A stretch of 64,000 bases of DNA from Vulcanimicrobiota bacterium (GCA_963757945.1 CAVWTN010000002.1:1606974-1670973); one strand, 5' to 3'. Counted from the first letter of the stretch, positions 35,542 through 45,608 are shown. The notes: a model not told the origin generated them from the letters alone. Made by a program: numbers and translations.

Positions 35542-35816
35542 CGGCCGCGTCGGCCTCGACAGGTCGCTAGTGGCCGCGGCTTTGCTCGACGTCCGCGTCG
35601 TCACCGTATATCTAGATCGGATGTGCTCCGTCGAGCTCGACTTCGCATCCCTTGACGAGTGGCGTACAAATAGTCCCGGCGGTCCAAGATACCCCACGAA
35701 CGATCGTCATCCGCGTCACACGGTTGTCGCGCGCATCGGGTACGTTCTCGTTGCGCCCAACCGGGACGCATGATGACGGCCACTTATGTCGTGGCACTAT
35801 TTTCCATTGTTTGAGG

Positions 35817-36281
35817 ATGCTGATGTTCAAGAAACTACTCGTCGGCGCGGTCGCGTCTCTATCAATCGTAGCGCTTTCCGCCTGCGGAGGCGGGGGCTCA
35901 TCGCCGACTCCGCAGCCGGTCACCAAGGTGTACCTTCGGATCAATATGAACGACGTGCCGGTCGCGAGCACCGATACGCTCTGGGCCGGTCTCTACAAGA
36001 ACGGCAAGACGACGGTGGCCTACTTGGGGCCGACGCCGAGCGGCAGCGTCACGTACCCGCTCGATGGCGCGGGCGGGGGCGGCTGGGCCGACCAACTCGC
36101 CGTCTTAGATGAAGACGCCAACGCGAATGAAATCGCCGGCGCCGTCATCAACAACCTCTCGATTCCGATGACGTCGAACGACGGGACGTACACCATCGTG
36201 TTCAACCTGCATAGAGGGCAGACGGTGTCGTCCACGTTCAAGCGCAGCGCCGCGACGATTGTGAAAAAGCTCACGCTCTAG
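35817..36281 (+). CDS. Small lipoprotein.
   Basis: MLMFKKLLVGAVASLSIVALSACGGGGS lipobox. The listed ORF 35652 has an upstream extension. Confidence 0.5.
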   Translation: MLMFKKLLVGAVASLSIVALSACGGGGSSPTPQPVTKVYLRINMNDVPVASTDTLWAGLYKNGKTTVAYLGPTPSGSVTYPLDGAGGGGWADQLAVLDEDANANEIAGAVINNLSIPMTSNDGTYTIVFNLHRGQTVSSTFKRSAATIVKKLTL

Positions 36282-36304
36282 CCGCGGCTCGTGTCGAGGG
36301 CAAT

Positions 36305-36335
36305 GGGGCCCCGCTTCGGCGGGGCCCCATTGATT
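36305..36335. terminator. Bidirectional intrinsic terminator hairpin between convergent genes.
   Basis: GGGGCCCCGC-ttcg-GCGGGGCCCC, a perfect 10-bp GC stem with a tetraloop, followed by attgatt. Confidence 0.5.
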
Positions 36336-36343
36336 CGCAGCGC

Positions 36344-36898
36344 CTACGATGCCGCGGGCGCGCTCAGCAGCGCGATGCTCGTGACGCTCTTGACCCAGCG
36401 AGGGTGGCGCTTATCGTCGGGGACGACGACTCGGAATGGACCCGTGGCGCCGAGCGGCGCGCCGTCTTGAGTGTCCGCGAGCAAAACGAGACGATCCGAC
36501 ATGCCCGCGTCGAGTTCCGCGAGCGAGAAGACCACGCGATAGCCGTCGCTTGCGGAGACGAGCGCGTAGAGCGTCAGCGCAGCAGCGCCCTCGAGCGCGC
36601 TCCCGCTCGGTGCGCCGGCGCGCTGCAGGATCGCGTCGAGCGGCACCCCGCCGTACACTCGCTCCGGACCTTGCTTTCCGGTGACGCGCGCGGTCGCTCT
36701 GGGCATCGCGAGCAGATCGGCCCGGCCCAGCACCAGGGGCTTGGGGATCGCACCGGTGATCGCAAGCTCCCCCGTCCCGGGCTCCGCGGGCGGGGCGGCA
36801 GCGGGGGCCGCGGTCGCGGTGCCGGCGGCTCCTGCCGTGGCGAGCGCGCCCGACACGAGTGCGAGCATGGTGCTGCGAGAAATCGCGGGCGAGGGCAT
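36344..36898 (-). CDS. Molybdopterin-binding oxidoreductase-like (sulfite-oxidase-fold, YuiH-like) domain protein, exported.
   Basis: N-terminal signal-like MPSPAISRSTMLALVSGALATAGAAG. ...VYGGVPLDAILQRAG...TLYALVSASDGYRVVFSLAELD...FRVVVPDDKRHPRWVKSVTSI resembles Oxidored_molyb. Confidence 0.4.
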   Translation of the reverse strand: MPSPAISRSTMLALVSGALATAGAAGTATAAPAAAPPAEPGTGELAITGAIPKPLVLGRADLLAMPRATARVTGKQGPERVYGGVPLDAILQRAGAPSGSALEGAAALTLYALVSASDGYRVVFSLAELDAGMSDRLVLLADTQDGAPLGATGPFRVVVPDDKRHPRWVKSVTSIALLSAPAAS

Positions 36899-37261
36899 GA
36901 TGCGCGGGGTCCCTTCTGTGAGCGAGGGCGTCTGCAATCCTGAGCCGCCCGGAGCCACGCGGCAAGCCGGGCTAACGGAATGTTAGGATAGTTTGCGGCA
37001 TACCCCAACAGTACTCCGTGGGAACTCCGCTACGCACTATGCACGTGTCGAAGCGAAGCCCCGTCGTCTCGACCCTTGCGCCGCTACGAGGCGCACCTAC
37101 ATCGAATGCGGCTTCCGCTGCGAGCACATCCGCGCGGCAGGCGGTGTTTGCGCGCCTTTACGTGAAATTAGCGTCGGTCAAGCCCGATACGGACGGAGAG
37201 CGATGGCTAGGCTTACGGTAACCGCAGTCCGGCACGGCCTCGAGCGCGAGGCCGGCATCCG

Positions 37262-37633
37262 ATGACCGGCGATCAGCATGCCGGTGCGAGTTCGCTCGGC
37301 GTCATCCGCTACAACAAGCTCGTGCGGGACCGCATCCCGGAGATCGTCGCCCAGAGCGGGCTCACCGCCGTTACGCGCGCGCTGAACGACGAGGAGTTCG
37401 TGGCCGCACTGCGCGCCAAGATCTCCGAAGAGGCGTCGGAACTGGCCGATGCTCCCGAGGAAGAGATCGCGGAGGAAATCGCCGATCTCCAAGAAGTGAT
37501 CCTCGCGCTGCTCGCCGCGCTGCGGCTCTCGCCGGACGAGATCGAGCGCGTCCGCCGGGAACGGGCCGAAGCTCGCGGAGCGTTTGCGACGCGGACGTTC
37601 CTGGTCGAAACGCGCCCGCCCGAGAAGAGCTGA
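37262..37633 (+). CDS. MazG/HisE-like nucleoside triphosphate pyrophosphohydrolase (all-alpha NTP-PPase).
   Basis: VIRYNKLVRDRIPEIVAQSG...EEASELADAPEEEIAEEIADLQEVILAL. Confidence 0.6.
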   Translation: MTGDQHAGASSLGVIRYNKLVRDRIPEIVAQSGLTAVTRALNDEEFVAALRAKISEEASELADAPEEEIAEEIADLQEVILALLAALRLSPDEIERVRRERAEARGAFATRTFLVETRPPEKS

Positions 37634-37683
37634 GCGCAGCCGCGCAACGGTGAGCATCCGGCCCGCGGCGAACGCCGTCGGCG

Positions 37684-38550
37684 GTGCTGAATCCATACGC
37701 GCAAGCCTGCGAGGGGATCCGCTCGCTGATCGCTCGCGATGCGGCCGATCCGTCGCTCGCGCGGACGGGGATCCCGCGTTTCTACGAGCACGGCGCAGCA
37801 GTGGAACATGCGGTCGTTCTGTTCCACGGGTTCACGAACTGCCCGGAGCAATTCGACCAGCTCGCGCAGCGGTTCCACGAGCTGGGCTGCAACGTGTACG
37901 TGCCGCGGATCCCGCGCCACGGCCACAAGGATCGGCTCACGCGCGATCTCGCGAAGCTCACGGACGCGGAGTTGCAGGCTTCGGCGACGCAAGCATACCA
38001 GTTCGCGCGCAGCCTCGGCTCCCGCGTGAGCGCTCTGGGCCTTTCGCTCGGCGGCTCGCTCGTGCTCTGGCTCGCGCAAACGCAACCGATCGACTTAGCG
38101 GTGCCGATCGCACCGTTTCTGATGCCGATCGCGATCCCGGAGGCGATCGGGATGCCGGTGATGCGCGTGCTCGCCTTCCTGCCGGACATGTATTGGTGGT
38201 GGGACCCGCGCGTGAAGGAGAAGTGTCAACCGGACTACGCCTATCCGGGATTCCCGACGCACGGCCTCACGCAGTGCATCTTTGCCGGCAACTCGGTCAT
38301 CGAGCGCGCCGCGAACGAAAAGCCGCTCGCGCGGCGCTGCACGCTCGTCACGAACCGCAACGAGAGCGCCGTGAACAACGGCGTCGCGCGCACGCTCCTG
38401 GCGCACTGGCGGCGCGCCGGCGCAAGCTACACGGAGTTCGAACTAAGCAATCTCGGGCCGCCGCGCCACGACATCATCGACCCGGCGACCTTCCCGCAAG
38501 CGCGAACGCTCGTCTATCCCAAACTCGAAGAACTCGTTCTCCGAACCTAG
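37684..38550 (+). CDS. Alpha/beta hydrolase (esterase/lipase-like).
   Basis: HAVVLFHGFTNCPEQF, nucleophile elbow GLSLGGS. Confidence 0.7.
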   Translation: MLNPYAQACEGIRSLIARDAADPSLARTGIPRFYEHGAAVEHAVVLFHGFTNCPEQFDQLAQRFHELGCNVYVPRIPRHGHKDRLTRDLAKLTDAELQASATQAYQFARSLGSRVSALGLSLGGSLVLWLAQTQPIDLAVPIAPFLMPIAIPEAIGMPVMRVLAFLPDMYWWWDPRVKEKCQPDYAYPGFPTHGLTQCIFAGNSVIERAANEKPLARRCTLVTNRNESAVNNGVARTLLAHWRRAGASYTEFELSNLGPPRHDIIDPATFPQARTLVYPKLEELVLRT

Positions 38551-38604
38551 AGAACGCTCCACGTGGGAGCGGGGCGCAACGGCGCGAAGAACGCGGGACG
38601 AGCC

Positions 38605-39084
38605 ATGGAAGAGATTCGCATTCGCAAAGCGGGCATCGGTGACTTGGCCAGCATTCTGCACCATCGCCGCGCGTTGTTCGAAGAGATGGGAGAACCGGCG
38701 GCCCTGCTCGACCGGATGGAGCAGCTTTCGTCGGATTATTTCAGCGAAGCGTTGGTGGCAGGCACTTATCAAGCCTGGCTCGGTGAGACGGCGAGCGGTC
38801 AGATCGCGGGCGGCGCCGGCGTCGTGGTCGATGCGGCGCCCGGCGTTCCCGGCGAAGAGCGCGCGCAGCGCGTGTACATCCGTAACCTCTACATCGAGCC
38901 CGCGTTTCGCCGCGCCGGCGTAGCGACGCGGATCATGGAAGCGATGATCGAATGGTGTCGCGCGGAAGGCTTCGGCTTTGTCTCGTTGCACGCGACGAAG
39001 CTCGGCCGTCCCCTGTACGAGGCGCTTGGTTTCAAACCAACGACGGAGCTGCGCCTGAAACTGCGGCCTCGAGCTCGCGGATAG
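38605..39084 (+). CDS. GNAT family N-acetyltransferase (paralog 1).
   Basis: MEEIRIRKAGIGDLASILHHRRALFEEMGEP...RRAGVATRIMEAMIEWCRAEGFGFVSLHATKLGRPLYEALGF (acetyl-CoA motif A). Confidence 0.8.
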   Translation: MEEIRIRKAGIGDLASILHHRRALFEEMGEPAALLDRMEQLSSDYFSEALVAGTYQAWLGETASGQIAGGAGVVVDAAPGVPGEERAQRVYIRNLYIEPAFRRAGVATRIMEAMIEWCRAEGFGFVSLHATKLGRPLYEALGFKPTTELRLKLRPRARG

Positions 39085-39153
39085 AACGTCATTGAAACCT
39101 GCGCCGCTGCGGTGGAAGCGCGCCGCCGCGGAGCGAACGATGCCCGTGCAGCC

Positions 39154-39639
39154 ATGGATGAAATACGCATTCGCAAAGCCGGCATCGAGGATCTCGCGAG
39201 CATCCTGCACCATCGTCGCGCGATGTTCGAGGAAATGGGCGAGCCCGCGGCGCTGCTGGACCGGATCGACGCGGCGTCGCTCGAGTATTTTCGCGTCGCG
39301 CTGACGTCGGGATCGTATCAAGCGTGGGTGGCCGAGACCGCGCACGGCGACGTCGCCGGCGGAGGAGGCGTCCTCATTTCGGAATGGCCGGGGTTCCCGG
39401 GCGAAGGCCGCCCGCGCCGCGCGACGATCCTCAACGTTTATACCGAACCGAAGGCGCGGCGCCGCGGCGTGGCGAGGCGGCTCATGGAGACGATGATCGC
39501 GTGGTGCCGGGCGGAAGGCTTCGGCGCCGTGTCCTTACACGCGAGTTCCTTCGGGCGGCCGCTCTACGAAGCGCTCGGTTTCGAAGCGACGAACGAGATG
39601 CGCTTAAAGCTCGACGATCCGCGCGAGGATTGGGAATAG
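39154..39639 (+). CDS. GNAT family N-acetyltransferase (paralog 2, tandem duplicate).
   Basis: MDEIRIRKAGIEDLASILHHRRAMFEEMGEP...RRRGVARRLMETMIAWCRAEGFGAVSLHASSFGRPLYEALGF. About 60% aa identity to the upstream copy. Confidence 0.8.
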   Translation: MDEIRIRKAGIEDLASILHHRRAMFEEMGEPAALLDRIDAASLEYFRVALTSGSYQAWVAETAHGDVAGGGGVLISEWPGFPGEGRPRRATILNVYTEPKARRRGVARRLMETMIAWCRAEGFGAVSLHASSFGRPLYEALGFEATNEMRLKLDDPREDWE

Positions 39640-39676
39640 GGGAGACATCGGCGCGACGCGCGCGAGGGAGGCCCCT

Positions 39677-39880
39677 GTGTCGACGACGACCATCGTCATC
39701 ATCGTGCTCGTTCTGTTACTCCTCGGCGGCGGCGGAGGTTACGGCTATTACACGACTCGCGCGTCGACGGGCGGCCTGGTACGCACCGCGACCTTCAACC
39801 CGACGTACGGGATCGGCGGTACGATCGTCACGTTGATCCTGCTCTGGGTGTTGCTGCACTATTTCTTCCACTTCATCTGA
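39677..39880 (+). CDS. Small hydrophobic Gly-rich membrane peptide (67 aa).
   Basis: MSTTTIVIIVLVLLLLGGGGGYGYYTT...GGTIVTLILLWVLLHYFFHFI, two predicted TM segments. Lower GC. Confidence 0.35.
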   Translation: MSTTTIVIIVLVLLLLGGGGGYGYYTTRASTGGLVRTATFNPTYGIGGTIVTLILLWVLLHYFFHFI

Positions 39881-39895
39881 GCAGACGCGCGTCCG

Positions 39896-40264
39896 TCAGG
39901 AAGCGGGTTGCGGCGTGAGCGCCGCTTCGATCGCTGCGATTGCGGCGTTCGGGTCGGCGACTTCGATGACGAGCTTCGCGTAGTTCTCGTCATGCAGGCG
40001 GATCGCGATGGCGCGTTCCGGGTTGTGGACGTCCCAGAAGACGCGCCCTTCGCTTTCGAAGAACGTGCCGGCCGTGATCACGCCCGGAATGTTCGTCCCC
40101 GGTGCGCGCAAGCCGTGAAACCAGCGGGCGGCTTCAGCGGCGGCGCCCTCGACGTTCGCGATATGAACGAGCGGCACGCGTAACTCGCTCTTGAACGCGA
40201 GCACTTGATCGAACCCTTCCACGCGCACGATCAGATCGGGCGCGGCGATCTCGATGGTCGTCAT
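39896..40264 (-). CDS. Hypothetical protein.
   Basis: MTTIEIAAPDLIVRVEGFDQVLAF... A 4-nt overlap with the upstream oxidoreductase gene suggests translational coupling. Confidence 0.45.
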   Translation of the reverse strand: MTTIEIAAPDLIVRVEGFDQVLAFKSELRVPLVHIANVEGAAAEAARWFHGLRAPGTNIPGVITAGTFFESEGRVFWDVHNPERAIAIRLHDENYAKLVIEVADPNAAIAAIEAALTPQPAS

Positions 40265-40929
40265 GCGCTCACCGCGCGCCATTCCGGCGAGCGTTCTCGT
40301 TGCGCTTGCCCGAGCGCGCTGCGCACGCCCTCCGCGTCGTAATCCTTGCCGTACACCGGCGTGCCCGGTTGCTGGCGCCAGGATTCGTCCAGACCGCCGG
40401 CATCGACGCCGTCAAAGCCGATCTCATCGAGCAGCCGAATCACGACGGCCTTCGCCGCGGCGTCGTCACCGGCGACCGGAAGCGCGATGCGCCCCGGGGC
40501 GCCGGCGGGCTGCCCTTTATCCAGCAAGTGCTGCGCGTAAATGTTGTTGAACGCCTTGACGACCGGGCGCCCCAACTGCTGCGCGACCCAGCGGCTCTCC
40601 GCCGTCCCCGATTCGATGCCGGCGATCAGCCCGTCACGCTGTTGCGGATAATAGTTGCCCGTGTCGACCACGACGACGCCGGCCGGCACGCCTTCGAACA
40701 GGCCGGCCGGTAACGCCGGAATGTTCTTCTGCGGGATCGTCACGATGACGACGTCCTGGCCGCGCGCCGCTTGCTCGACCGAGACCGCGTGCGCGCCGGT
40801 TTCCCGAGCGAGGCCCGCAAGCGACTCGGGCCCGCGCGAATTCGCGACGGAGACCTCGTGGCCGGCGCCGCGAAAGCGGCGGGTGAGATTTGCGCCGATG
40901 TTGCCGGCGCCGATGATGCCGATCTTCAT
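40261..40929 (-). CDS. NADP-dependent oxidoreductase, F420-dependent NADP reductase / ProC-like Rossmann family.
   Basis: MKIGIIGAGNIGANLTRRFRGAGHEVSVANSRGPE (GxGxxG), NADP_oxidoreductase_coenzyme_F420-dependent-like pattern. Confidence 0.7.
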   Translation of the reverse strand: MKIGIIGAGNIGANLTRRFRGAGHEVSVANSRGPESLAGLARETGAHAVSVEQAARGQDVVIVTIPQKNIPALPAGLFEGVPAGVVVVDTGNYYPQQRDGLIAGIESGTAESRWVAQQLGRPVVKAFNNIYAQHLLDKGQPAGAPGRIALPVAGDDAAAKAVVIRLLDEIGFDGVDAGGLDESWRQQPGTPVYGKDYDAEGVRSALGQAQRERSPEWRAVSA

Positions 40930-41008
40930 GGATGTTCCCCTTGACGATAGGTGCCCGATAGTGAAGACCCACGTTCGCCCTGCGCGGAGGCATCGCGGAC
41001 GCTCGATT

Positions 41009-41710
41009 TCACGCGATGCGCGTCCAGGGCGCCCGCGAGCCGGAACTGCGAAACGCGAAGGCGCTCGTCACGGCCAGAAACACCGCCGCCAGGGCGAGCG
41101 GCGGGACGATCCCATAGCGAACTTCGAGCGCGGCGCCGATGGCCGCGCCGCCGAACATGGCAAGCGCGGAGACGATGCGCCGCAGCGGGCGCGGATTTGA
41201 ACCGCCGGCGAGTTTCGAATCGGCGGAGAGGCCGGTCAGCGTCATCGTCAGCACGGTCGTGGTCAGATCCGGCACCGCGAGACGCCGTACCGAGGCGTTT
41301 TGCACGCCCATCGCGGCGCCGAGCAGAAAGATGACCGCGTTCGCGGACGCGGCGAGCGCGCCGCCTTCGGCCGCGAGGACGGTCGCGACCACGACGAGCC
41401 CGATCTTCCAGGATGCCGCTACGGCGAGCAGCCGGCCGCGGTGGGAGGCGGCGTTCGCGAGGCGCCCGCCGCCGAGCGCGCCGAGCAAGAAGCCGCCGAG
41501 TGCGATCGACGAGGGCGCCGCGGTGAACCCGCTGCCGCTCGTCATGGCGAAGCCGAGAAAGACGATGTTGCCCGTCATGTTCGCGACGAAGACCCGCCCG
41601 AGCCCGAGATAGCTCACCGCGTCCACCAGGCCCGTGACGAGCGTCAAGAGCAGGAGGAACGGGACGAGCGGCCCGTCGCGCGCGTCCCGGCTGTTGGCAC
41701 CGATGTTCAT
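41009..41710 (-). CDS. DUF1275 (YoaK-like) membrane protein.
   Basis: LLLLTLVTGLVDAVSYLGLGRVFVANMTGNIVFLGFAMTSG, a characteristic DUF1275 N-terminal motif. Confidence 0.65.
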   Translation of the reverse strand: MNIGANSRDARDGPLVPFLLLLTLVTGLVDAVSYLGLGRVFVANMTGNIVFLGFAMTSGSGFTAAPSSIALGGFLLGALGGGRLANAASHRGRLLAVAASWKIGLVVVATVLAAEGGALAASANAVIFLLGAAMGVQNASVRRLAVPDLTTTVLTMTLTGLSADSKLAGGSNPRPLRRIVSALAMFGGAAIGAALEVRYGIVPPLALAAVFLAVTSAFAFRSSGSRAPWTRIA

Positions 41711-41756
41711 GCTTGCTCCTTGCGCAACTGCGTGCGCTCGAAACAAGGAACCCCGT

Positions 41757-43139
41757 TTAGATTGACAAGCGCTTCAGTTCGCTTTGGGCGCCGTCGTACT
41801 CGATGAACGATTTCGGGCAGATCGCGAGCGCCGACTTGAGCGCGGTCCCGGCGCCGGCCTTTTGCTCGTGCAGCAAGTACCACTCGCCGGTGTAGAAAGC
41901 GGCCTCGCATTTCTGATCGGAATTCGTGGCGGCCGCAGCGGCCGCTTGGGTCGTCCGCGTGCCCGCGAACAGCGCGATCACCGGATACGGCCACTTCGTC
42001 TGGTCGAGCGCCTTCGCGCCCGATTGCAAGGTCGCCAGCGCCGTGGGGCTCTTGGAGCGGGCCTGCGAGAGGTAGCGCCAGAGCACGGGGTAGGCTTCGG
42101 TCGGATCGAGCTTGACGGCGGTCGTGAAATCGGCGGCCGCGTCGGTGAAGCGCCCGGTGTCGAAGTGCGCGTAGCCGCGGCCGCGCACGGCGGTCACGTG
42201 ATTGGGATCCAGCCGCAGCGCGCTATCGTAGTCCGCGATCGCATGCTCGAAATCGCCGCTGTGCCGGTACGCGTTGCCTCGATTGTTGAACGCCTTCGTG
42301 TAGTTCGGATTGATGCGCAGCGCTTCCGTGTAATCGCCGATCGCATGCCCGTAGTCGTTCTTGTTGGCATAGCTGATGCCGCGATTGTAATAGGCGTCCG
42401 CGTCGCTCGGGTTGAGGCGAATCGCTTCGCTGTAATCAGCGATCGCGCTGTCGTACTTCTTCGCATCGTCATAGGCGATCCCGCGCTGATTGAAGAGATA
42501 CGCCGTGCCCGGGCTCGTCGCGATGGCGGCGGTGTAGTCCGCGATCGCATGCTCGGTATCGTCCTTCGCTTCGTAGGTGCGGCCGCGGCCGTAGAGGGCG
42601 TTCGTATAATTCGGATTCAAGCGGATCGCTTCGTTGAAGTCGGCCAGCGCCTGATCGTAGTTGCCTTTCGTCCTGTACGTGTTGCCGCGGTTGTAGAAGG
42701 CGATCGAGTCCGTCGGGTCGAGCCGGATCGCTTCGTTGTAATCGGCCAGAGCGCGGTCGTAATCGGCCTTGTGCTTGTAGGCGTTGCCGCGGTTATTGAA
42801 GGCGTCCTCGTACGTCGGGACGAGGCCGATCGCGGAGGTGTAATCCGTGATCGCCTGGTCGTAGTTGCCCATCTCGAAGTACGTGTTGCCGCGGTCGTAG
42901 AACGCGATGCTGACGTTCTTCTGAGATTCCGTGCCCGAGGTGATCAGCGCGGTGCACGCGGCGATCTCCACGTCGTTGGAATACTGATTGTTGCGGTTGA
43001 CGCATTGCGCCCATTGATCGCTCGACGTCTGAGCGAACGCCGCCCGCCCGGCGAAGACGGCGGCGAGCGCGACGGCGATCCCCGCTGCTCGTAATATGTG
43101 GCGGTTGCGACGAGAGGCCGGACAAAGGGGCTCGTTCAT
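41757..43139 (-). CDS. Secreted tetratricopeptide-repeat protein (about 11 TPR units).
   Basis: Signal peptide, then repeated ...AIADY(T/S)EAIRLNPNY(T/A)...YNRG..Y......A.. units. Confidence 0.8.
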   Translation of the reverse strand: MNEPLCPASRRNRHILRAAGIAVALAAVFAGRAAFAQTSSDQWAQCVNRNNQYSNDVEIAACTALITSGTESQKNVSIAFYDRGNTYFEMGNYDQAITDYTSAIGLVPTYEDAFNNRGNAYKHKADYDRALADYNEAIRLDPTDSIAFYNRGNTYRTKGNYDQALADFNEAIRLNPNYTNALYGRGRTYEAKDDTEHAIADYTAAIATSPGTAYLFNQRGIAYDDAKKYDSAIADYSEAIRLNPSDADAYYNRGISYANKNDYGHAIGDYTEALRINPNYTKAFNNRGNAYRHSGDFEHAIADYDSALRLDPNHVTAVRGRGYAHFDTGRFTDAAADFTTAVKLDPTEAYPVLWRYLSQARSKSPTALATLQSGAKALDQTKWPYPVIALFAGTRTTQAAAAAATNSDQKCEAAFYTGEWYLLHEQKAGAGTALKSALAICPKSFIEYDGAQSELKRLSI

Positions 43140-43233
43140 TGGTGCTCCTGCGTCGAGGCGGACGAGAACAGCTTTCAGTACTTAGTATTCGGCAAGAAGC
43201 CGCTTCATTTGAACGCGTTTGAACGCGCGCGCC

Positions 43234-45457
43234 TCAGAGAATCCCGGCGGCTTTGAGCCCCGCTTGGATCTCGGCGGCCGAAGACGCACCCTTGCGCACG
43301 AAGACGGCCGGCGCCGAGAGGGGCGCCGGCATCCGCTGCCAGGCGCCTTCTCTCCCGGCATCCTTGCCGGTCCAAAGATCGACCCATTCGCTTTCTTGCG
43401 GGAAATAGACCGAGACCGTCGCGGCGCCGCGATCCAGGACCGGCGCGACCAGCAGATCGGGGCCGAGCAAGAACTGATACCGCAAGCCGTACGTCTCCGG
43501 GTCGTTCGGAAAATGCAGGAACGGGTGCCGCACGACGGGGTGTCCGTGCCGGGCCGCTTCCTCGACGAGCCGCTTGCGATACGGCGCGAGCCCCCGGTAG
43601 ACGGTCGCGAAGCGCTTGAAGTGCGCCAGCAGTTCGTCGTCCCCGTCGACCTGCGCGCTGATCGCGGGGTCGAGGCCCTCGTGCGTGCGCAGGACGCTCG
43701 TGAACGCGTTGAGTTCGACCCAGCGCATCAACAGCTCTCGCGAGCGCGCGATCAGCGGGAACTTCTTGCCGGCGAACGTCTTGCTGAGCGCGACGTACCC
43801 GCCGGTGTCGCTGTGCAGCAGGCTGAAGCCCGAGATGCCTCCCGAGAGCAGGCCGACGACCGCCGTCTTGATGCCGTCGAATTCGTCCCAATCTTGGAGC
43901 TGATCGCCGAGCCAAAACAGCGTCGCATACGAGGGGCTCTGCGTGAACCCGGAACGGTTGAAGAACACGATGTCGTCTCCGCGGCCGGCCTCTTCGATCG
44001 CCTCCCGGTTCACGCGCGCCCATTCGACGGGGTAGCGATTGTGCCAGGCGGTGGGCCCGGCGGGCGCGGCGATCGTTCCGTCAAACGGCAGCGCCTCGCC
44101 GAAATCCGCCATCCAGCCGGATGCCGCAGCCTTTCCGATCAGCTCGTTCTTGATGACGTCCTTGATCCAGGTGCGCGCGTCGGCGTTGCTCAGATCGAGG
44201 AGGGCCGCGGAAAAGTCCGTGTTCGTGATCGCGTACGGCGTGCCGTCGGCCTTCCGCACGAGGAAACCGCGCTGCTGGGCTTCCGTATAGAGCGCGTCGT
44301 GGCCGGGGGCGCCGGTCAAGAACGGGTTGATGTAGACGAGCATCCGCGCGTCGCGCCGTTTCAAACGATCGACGATCTCTTGCCAGTGCGGATAGAAGCT
44401 CTCGTCGAGCCGCCAGTTCCACCACAGTCTGTTTCCCGGCGGAGGTCTCGCGCACGCCGGTCCAATCCTGGATCCAAAGGCCGGCGAGCGGAACCCCGGC
44501 GGCTTCGAGCCGCTCGAGCTTCGCGCGGACGACGTCCGTGCCGCCTTGCACGGAGACGATCGCGCCGTTGTGGATCCAATCGGGGAGCGCGCGCATCCGC
44601 CCGGCATAGTCGCTGTACGCCTCGATCAGCTCGAGCGGGCTTTCCCCGTAGAGGATGCGCCCCGACATGCCCCCGGAATGCACTTTGATCTCCATGCGGC
44701 CGCGGCGCCGCAGATCGAACGTGCTGTATTCCGTGTTCTCGAGGAACAGCGAGCGCAGGGCGCTGGAGAGAAAGTGCGGCGCCGGAGCTTCGGTGACGTA
44801 GGGCGTTCCGCCGCCGCGGTTCGCATACCGGTCGACGAGTTGCGTGACGATCGGCTGACCGCGCCCCACGCCGTGCTCCTGCACGAGGATCGGCAGCAGC
44901 GCCCCCCGCTGATTGAAATACGTGAGCTGCTCGCCGAACCCGAAGAAGCCCTCGCCGGGCGCGGTGACGATGCGCAAGCAGATCCGGTCGATCGGCGCGG
45001 CGTTCTGCCCTTCGCAGGCGATCCGGAAGCGCAAGTGCCGCGCCGAGAGCGCGGTGAACGCCAAACTGAAGGCGACGCGCTCGCGCCGCGCCCGGAGCTG
45101 CCCGAGAACGATCGCCCGCCCGGGTTCGATATGGATCGACTCGATCTCCGGCCGATCGTACTGCGCGCTCACGCTATCGTGGATCGAGTACGAACCCTCC
45201 GGCGTACCGAACGCGGCGATCTCGGCCTGGCCGATCTGCGCCGCGATGAAGTTGCCGTCGCCGGGCGTCTCCCAGAGAACGCGGCCGGGGCTGCGCTGAT
45301 GCCGCACGCGCAAGACGTTGCCGCTGCGTTCCAAGATGAACGCGCCGACGGAATAGCGCTCGTCCGGGCCGTGCGCTCGCGCGCGCGCGGAGCGCACGGA
45401 CGCCGCCGCAACGAGCGCGGCGGCCCCGGCCGCGACGACGAAACGCCGCCGCTTCAC
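43234..45457 (-). pseudogene. Glycoside hydrolase family 31 (alpha-glucosidase/alpha-xylosidase-like) gene split by a frameshift near 44400-44440.
   Basis: N-terminal part (45457..~44430): TAT-like signal MKRRRFVVAAGAAALVAAAS and ...GLWIQDWTGVRETSAG. The C-terminal part continues in another frame: NRLWWNWRLDESFYPHWQEIV...YINPF...WMADFGE...SDTGGY. The junction lies at gccgggaaacagactgtggtggaactgg. Confidence 0.7.
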
Positions 45458-45608
45458 CTACGTGACCGCGACGTTCTGAGAGCCATCCGCCACCGCTCCA
45501 ACCGGCGCATCCTGAGCCTATGACCAAGGCCGCCGTGCGGCCGTTGCGGGCTTGCAGGTTCCTGGATGCATGGGTATAGTGGGGGGAAGTGGGCTAAAGT
45601 GGAGCAGG

